The position numbers and the translations under genes were made by a program. From Desulfocapsa sp. (GTDB lineage Bacteria; Desulfobacterota; Desulfobulbia; Desulfobulbales; Desulfocapsaceae), in NCBI GenBank assembly GCA_013426795.1, contig JACDZF010000001.1, forward strand, positions 15,552 to 79,551: a stretch of DNA of 64,000 nt, given 5' to 3'. The notes beneath the pieces are model-generated. The model worked only from the letters and a program-made list of their open reading frames with translations. It was not told where the DNA came from and did no database searches. Positions 59,538 through 64,000 of this stretch are shown here, piece after piece (positions within the stretch are counted from its first letter, which is position 1; the number at the start of each line of letters is the position of its first letter).

Positions 59538-60050
59538 ATGAGAAAAAATGCCGAACATTTCAGTTGCGCGGTTTTGACCATGAGCGACAAGGGGTCCCGG
59601 GGCGAGCGGGAGGATGAAAGCGGGCCCATGCTTCAGGAACTGCTGCGGGAAGAGGGCTACCAACTGCGGGCGTACAGGATTGTTCCCGACCAGATTGAGG
59701 CCATTGCCGCCACCCTGATGGAATGGGTGGATCAGGACGGGATTGATCTGATCCTGACCACCGGCGGCACCGGGGTCTCCCCCACCGACCTGACCCCCGA
59801 GGCCATGCGCCGGGTCTTGGACAAGGAAATCCCGGGAATGGCGGAGGCGATGCGGGCCGCGAGCCTGCTGAAGACCCCCCATGCCGTGCTCTCCCGCGGC
59901 CTGGCCGGGATTCGCGGCACCAGCCTGATTATCAACCTGCCCGGCAGCAAACGGGCGGCCATGGAGAATATCACCGTGCTCCTCCCCGCCCTGCCCCATG
60001 CCCTTGACAAGATCAAAGGCAGCAGCTCTGACTGTGCCAATCTCAGCTGA
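59538..60050 (+). CDS. Molybdenum cofactor biosynthesis protein MogA/MoaB family
   Basis: MoCF_BD motifs: LTMSDKGS, LILTTGGTGVSPTDLTPEA and LPGS. Confidence 0.88.
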   Translation: MRKNAEHFSCAVLTMSDKGSRGEREDESGPMLQELLREEGYQLRAYRIVPDQIEAIAATLMEWVDQDGIDLILTTGGTGVSPTDLTPEAMRRVLDKEIPGMAEAMRAASLLKTPHAVLSRGLAGIRGTSLIINLPGSKRAAMENITVLLPALPHALDKIKGSSSDCANLS

Positions 60051-60075
60051 TTCCACTGCTTGAAGTCGCAAGCTA

Positions 60076-60111
60076 AAAGGGGGTGTTTCCCATGCGAGAA
60101 ACACCCCCTTT
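60076..60111. terminator. Bidirectional stem-loop between the convergent MogA-like gene and purM
   Basis: AAAGGGGGTGTTTC (60076-89) and GAAACACCCCCTTT (60098-111) form a perfect 14-bp stem with an 8-nt loop. A/T runs sit on both sides. Confidence 0.6.
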
Positions 60112-60140
60112 CCTTTACCCTTGACCTGACCGTTAAAAAA

Positions 60141-61196
60141 TTATCCTGTCATTTCAACCTGTTCATCCATATCGTTTTCTCTTGCCACAATCTCACCAAT
60201 AATCATCGCCTGTTCTCCCAGGGCCCCGAAGTGATGGAGGACATCGTCGGCCACCGACTCTTCCACAATGACCATCAGGCCGATCCCCATATTAAAGGTC
60301 CGGTACATCTCGGCCATGGGAATCTCTCCTTTCTCGGAAAGGAAGGTGAAAACCGGCGGCACCTTCCATGCCGACGGATCAATGACCGCCTTGCAGATAT
60401 GCGGCAAAATCCTGGGAATATTATCGATGAAACCACCGCCGGTATTATGGACCATGCCGTTAATCTTGAAATGTTTGAGGACTCCCAGCACCGACTGGAC
60501 ATAAATGCGGGTGGGCCGCATCAGCTCTTCCCCCAGGGTACAGCCAAACTCCTCCATCTGCTGATCCACGGAAAGCCCAAGCTCCTCGAAGCAGACCTTT
60601 CTGACCAGTGAAAAACCGTTGGAATGCAGACCGCTTGCGGCGAGGCCGATGATTTTATTGCCGACCTTGATCTCGGAGCCGTCGATGATGGCATCACGAT
60701 TCACAATCCCCACGACAAAGCCGGCGAGATCATACTCCTCACCTTGGTAGAGGCCCGGCATTTCAGCCGTCTCCCCACCCACCAGGGAGCATCGTGCCTG
60801 CCGGCAGCCCTCGGCTATTCCCTTAATGACCTCGGTGGCGATAGAGAGGTCAAGCTTGCCAATGGAAAAATAATCCAGAAAACAGAGGGGTCTTGCCCCT
60901 CCCACAATGATATCGTTGACGCACATGGCCACAAGGTCAATGCCGATGGTGTCATGCTTGTTGCAGAGTTGGGCGACGGCCAGCTTGGTTCCCACCCCAT
61001 CGGTGGAAGAGACAATAACCGGATGAGTATAGGTATTGGTGTCTATGGCCACAAAACTTGAAAAACCGCCGATATCATTGAGCACCCCACGGCGATGGGT
61101 GGAGGCGACAATATCCTTGATTCCTTGAACAAAGGCGTTGCCCTTGTCGATATCAACGCCTGCCTGACTGTATTTTGATTTCGCTGAGTCGGTCAT
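60141..61196 (-). CDS. purM: Phosphoribosylformylglycinamidine cyclo-ligase (AIR synthetase)
   Basis: YSQAGVDIDKGN and STDGVGTKL motifs. Start taken at ATG 61196. Confidence 0.93.
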   Translation of the reverse strand: MTDSAKSKYSQAGVDIDKGNAFVQGIKDIVASTHRRGVLNDIGGFSSFVAIDTNTYTHPVIVSSTDGVGTKLAVAQLCNKHDTIGIDLVAMCVNDIIVGGARPLCFLDYFSIGKLDLSIATEVIKGIAEGCRQARCSLVGGETAEMPGLYQGEEYDLAGFVVGIVNRDAIIDGSEIKVGNKIIGLAASGLHSNGFSLVRKVCFEELGLSVDQQMEEFGCTLGEELMRPTRIYVQSVLGVLKHFKINGMVHNTGGGFIDNIPRILPHICKAVIDPSAWKVPPVFTFLSEKGEIPMAEMYRTFNMGIGLMVIVEESVADDVLHHFGALGEQAMIIGEIVARENDMDEQVEMTG

Positions 61197-61504
61197 AATA
61201 TGCCCTTTTTCAGGGGGGTTCAGGTTATAAGGAGAGATGATAAGAATCTGTAAAACACGTATCCCGTTCATCGGGGTTGGATGGAATACTTTGGACAAAC
61301 AAGTCCCGTCACTCTATAATGGGGACTCAAAAAATGCAAGACCATATCGCCTTCAAGGGCAGTGGATGCGGGCAATTTTTTCTCCCCATTGAAAGATGGG
61401 AAAAATTATGGTAGGAGCCCTTAGGGGGAGCTGACTGTTCCTTCGCCGCTCTTTATTATCTTCTTCGACAAGGCGAGGGATTTCGACTAAAATAGGGGAA
61501 CACA

Positions 61505-61699
61505 ATGATTGATATGAAGTTATTGATCCTGTTGATTGGCCTGCTCCTGATTTTTGAGGGGCTTCCCTATGCGGCTGCGCCGGAATCCATGCAGGCCTGG
61601 ATGAAAAAAGTCAGTGCCATGAATCCTGGGCAGCTCCGAATCATCGGACTGATAGCCATGACAAGCGGGCTTCTTATCTGCTGGATCATCCAGCGCTAA
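61505..61699 (+). CDS. DUF2065-type small membrane protein
   Basis: A 64-aa two-TM protein with the pattern FEGLPYAAAPE...LRIIGLIAMTSGLLICW. Confidence 0.65.
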   Translation: MIDMKLLILLIGLLLIFEGLPYAAAPESMQAWMKKVSAMNPGQLRIIGLIAMTSGLLICWIIQR

Positions 61700-61983
61700 G
61701 GGACATGCTCCCCCATGGATACGCGGTGCGGAGCTGAGTCAATGTAATTGTCGCACGCGTATCATCATTCCAGGTACCGGAATTTATTTTTTCTGTTTCG
61801 TTTCTCCGGGTAAATCCTCCAGGCGACAGAACGTCAGCCGCGTTCCCTCCCATTCGACGGCTCTTCCAGGAGAGTCGCACTCTCCTGCTCCCCAACCCAC
61901 CGTTGAGGGACTGAGTTGAAGAAGGGGACAAGCGATCTTTTTTGCAGCCGCACACCCAATCTCTTGCATATACTGGTAACGCC

Positions 61984-63366
61984 ATGGAAGAAATGACCAA
62001 AAGGGAACTTATCGGCAATGAAGGGCTGGTTATTCTTGACATGGTGCAGCGCTTGAATCGGCGCAAGGCCACCGGGAATCTGGTCAAATTGATCACCAAG
62101 ACCCATCCGGCTGACATGGCCTGGGTTTTCCGACACCTCTCCAAAGAAGAGAGGAATGATGTGTTTCAGGTCCTTGCCCAGACCTCCCTGGTGGGTGAAT
62201 TCTTAAGCGAGCTCGACAAATCCATCATGCTGGCTCTGGTTGAGGATCTTTCCAGCGAATTTATGGCCACGGTCATCAGCAAGATGCCATCCGATGATGC
62301 CGTTGACCTGATCGCTGCTCTTCCCGAAGATGTGGCGGATGATATCCGCAAGCATATGAACAAGGAAGCTCGCGATGAGGTGGACGAGCTCCTTCAGTAC
62401 GATCCGCACACTGCCGGCGGCCTGATGTCCACGGATTTCATGTATCTCGACGAAGAACTCAGTGTGGGCGAGGCCATAGCCAAGGTGCAGAAGCGCAGTG
62501 AAGAAAAGGAGATGGTCTTTTATCTCTATATCACCCATGGCGAGGGGAAGCTGGCGGGTGTGGTTTCCCTGCGGGAGCTGCTGATGCACCCGCCGCACCG
62601 GCTCCTGAAGAATATCATGAAGTCCAATGTGATCTCCGTCACCACCGATACGGATCAGGGAGAGGTGGCCCATATGGTTTCGCAGTATAACATCCTGGCC
62701 GTGCCGGTGGTGGATTCCAGCTATACCCTGGTGGGGATTGTAACCGTGGACGATATCATTGATGTGATCCGGGAAGAGGCCACCGAGGACTTTCTGCAGA
62801 TGGCCGGTGCCGGTAAGGATCGGGAAATTCTCCTCAAATCCGTTCCTGCCAACGCCATGATCCGAGCCCCCTGGCTTCTTGCCTCCTGGCTGGGCGGGGT
62901 TCTGGGAATGCTGGTGATCAACTCCTTTACCCAGGAGCTGAATCAGGTTCTGGCCCTGGCCTCGTTTATTCCCATTGTTCTGGGAATGGGCGGAAACATC
63001 GCCACCCAGTCGTCAACCATTATTGTCCGCGGCATTGCCACCGGCCGCATCCACATGGATCAATTTTTCAAGATTATCTTTAAAGAGATGCGGGTGGGCC
63101 TGATTCTAGGGGTGAGCTACGGTATTCTGCTGGGGATTTTTGCCTTCTTCGGATACGCAGAGCCCAAGCTTCTGGGTGTGGTGGTGGGGGTATCGCTCTT
63201 TTTCTCGATGTCCATCGCGGCGGTGGTGGGCAGCTTTATTCCCCTGGTCCTCAAGCGTTTTGATATCGATGCGGCGGTGGCCACCGGCCCCTTTGTCACC
63301 ACCTCCATCGACGTCCTTGGCGTTTTTGTCTTTCTCTGGATTGCCAAGCTTTTTCTCCATCTCTGA
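61984..63366 (+). CDS. mgtE: Magnesium transporter MgtE
   Basis: MgtE_N domain, CBS pair and a five-TM C-terminal domain (GMGGNIATQSSTIIVRG). Start taken at ATG 61984. Confidence 0.92.
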   Translation: MEEMTKRELIGNEGLVILDMVQRLNRRKATGNLVKLITKTHPADMAWVFRHLSKEERNDVFQVLAQTSLVGEFLSELDKSIMLALVEDLSSEFMATVISKMPSDDAVDLIAALPEDVADDIRKHMNKEARDEVDELLQYDPHTAGGLMSTDFMYLDEELSVGEAIAKVQKRSEEKEMVFYLYITHGEGKLAGVVSLRELLMHPPHRLLKNIMKSNVISVTTDTDQGEVAHMVSQYNILAVPVVDSSYTLVGIVTVDDIIDVIREEATEDFLQMAGAGKDREILLKSVPANAMIRAPWLLASWLGGVLGMLVINSFTQELNQVLALASFIPIVLGMGGNIATQSSTIIVRGIATGRIHMDQFFKIIFKEMRVGLILGVSYGILLGIFAFFGYAEPKLLGVVVGVSLFFSMSIAAVVGSFIPLVLKRFDIDAAVATGPFVTTSIDVLGVFVFLWIAKLFLHL

Positions 63367-63423
63367 TTCCCCACCCTGATCCTTCAGACCGGTGATCGCC
63401 AGGAGCACGGACGGCCTCCGGCC

Positions 63424-64000
63424 CTAAGAGGCGATCATCAACAGCACATTCAGGCCGCCGATCAGAAAACCCAGGATTGCCCCGAAGAGATTGATATATT
63501 GAAACTGCTCCTCCATAATTCCCAGGAGCAACCGCTCCAGGCGCATCAGGTCAAGGGAGTCCACCTTTTCCTTGACGATCTGCCGGAGATTCAGGGAGGT
63601 GACCAGGCCCGGCACCTCCGCCGCCAGCATATCCGAGGTCATTTTTTGGATTGAGCGATAAATTCCGTCCCGGATCCCCACCGGCAGCAGGGCCGAGAGC
63701 CGCCCGATGGAGCGTCCAAGAAGATCATTGAGCAGGGTCTGGGCCATAAAGTTGATTTTTTTTCTGGACTCTTCAGATCGCAGAATATCCACCACTTTTT
63801 TTCGTATCCAGGCCTTGCCCCGCTCCATTCCATCCTCCCCGGTAACATCCCACAGCACCTCGCCAATGGATAATCCTCCTTCTTCCATATAGGTTTCCAG
63901 ATTATCCCGGATCATGGACGAAAGGGTTGCGCTGGTTTCCGGATCACGAAGAATGGCCGCTATCTGGAGACTGACCTGGGAGCAGAAGTGCTCGACAGCT
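63424..64000 (-). CDS. DUF445-family membrane-associated protein (5' end beyond window)
   Basis: C-terminus LERLLLGIMEEQFQYINLFGAILGFLIGGLNVLLM is typical of DUF445/YheB-like proteins. The frame stays open to the window edge. Confidence 0.6.
   Translation of the reverse strand, partial: AVEHFCSQVSLQIAAILRDPETSATLSSMIRDNLETYMEEGGLSIGEVLWDVTGEDGMERGKAWIRKKVVDILRSEESRKKINFMAQTLLNDLLGRSIGRLSALLPVGIRDGIYRSIQKMTSDMLAAEVPGLVTSLNLRQIVKEKVDSLDLMRLERLLLGIMEEQFQYINLFGAILGFLIGGLNVLLMIAS

Noticed and set aside
1-64000. Scan for tRNA, rRNA, CRISPR arrays, IS elements with terminal inverted repeats, and integrases
   Set aside because: None was recognised by eye. The accessory islets at 41.4-42.5 kb and 49.2-51.8 kb lack any identifiable mobility gene.

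Overview
This is a 64-kb chromosomal window whose gene content points to a sulfate-reducing Desulfobacterota (Desulfobulbales-like) genome. That placement is an inference from gene content: dissimilatory-type sulfate adenylyltransferase, periplasmic selenocysteine formate dehydrogenase, TunR/TupABC tungstate uptake and a sigma54 response regulator. I found about 50 protein genes and no rRNA, tRNA, CRISPR array or IS element. Most of the window is housekeeping: lysS, lolCD, aroB, sat, copA, sppA, ndk, tatA x2, TrpB-like, dacB, murJ, an EF-G paralog, MogA/MoaB, purM and mgtE. Notable blocks are listed below. (1) A 2082-aa thioester alpha-2-macroglobulin (from the preferred ATG at 6821) with an unusual N-terminal DUF1311/LprI-like module, translationally coupled to pbpC. 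(2) An AT-richer two-gene unit made of a stand-alone CarH-type B12-binding module (Wx9EH plus ExHxxG) followed 10 nt later by a PAS histidine kinase with an HPt-like tail that lacks the canonical His. (3) A Tat-exported formate dehydrogenase operon (fdnG with in-frame UGA/Sec, fdnH, fdnI, fdhE), preceded by a 57-nt near-perfect palindrome and followed by a TunR-like regulator, tupABC and an orphan ModA-like binding protein. (4) An accessory islet with mazEF and a decayed McrB-like GTPase fragment. (5) The best candidate for something undescribed: an AT-rich three-gene operon at 49.7-51.5 kb. It encodes a TIGR04255-like protein, a 186-aa protein with an in-frame 51-bp tandem duplication, and a 147-aa Cys/His protein. 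I could assign it to no named function or system. Many long ORFs in the track are antisense shadows of GC-rich genes and were rejected.
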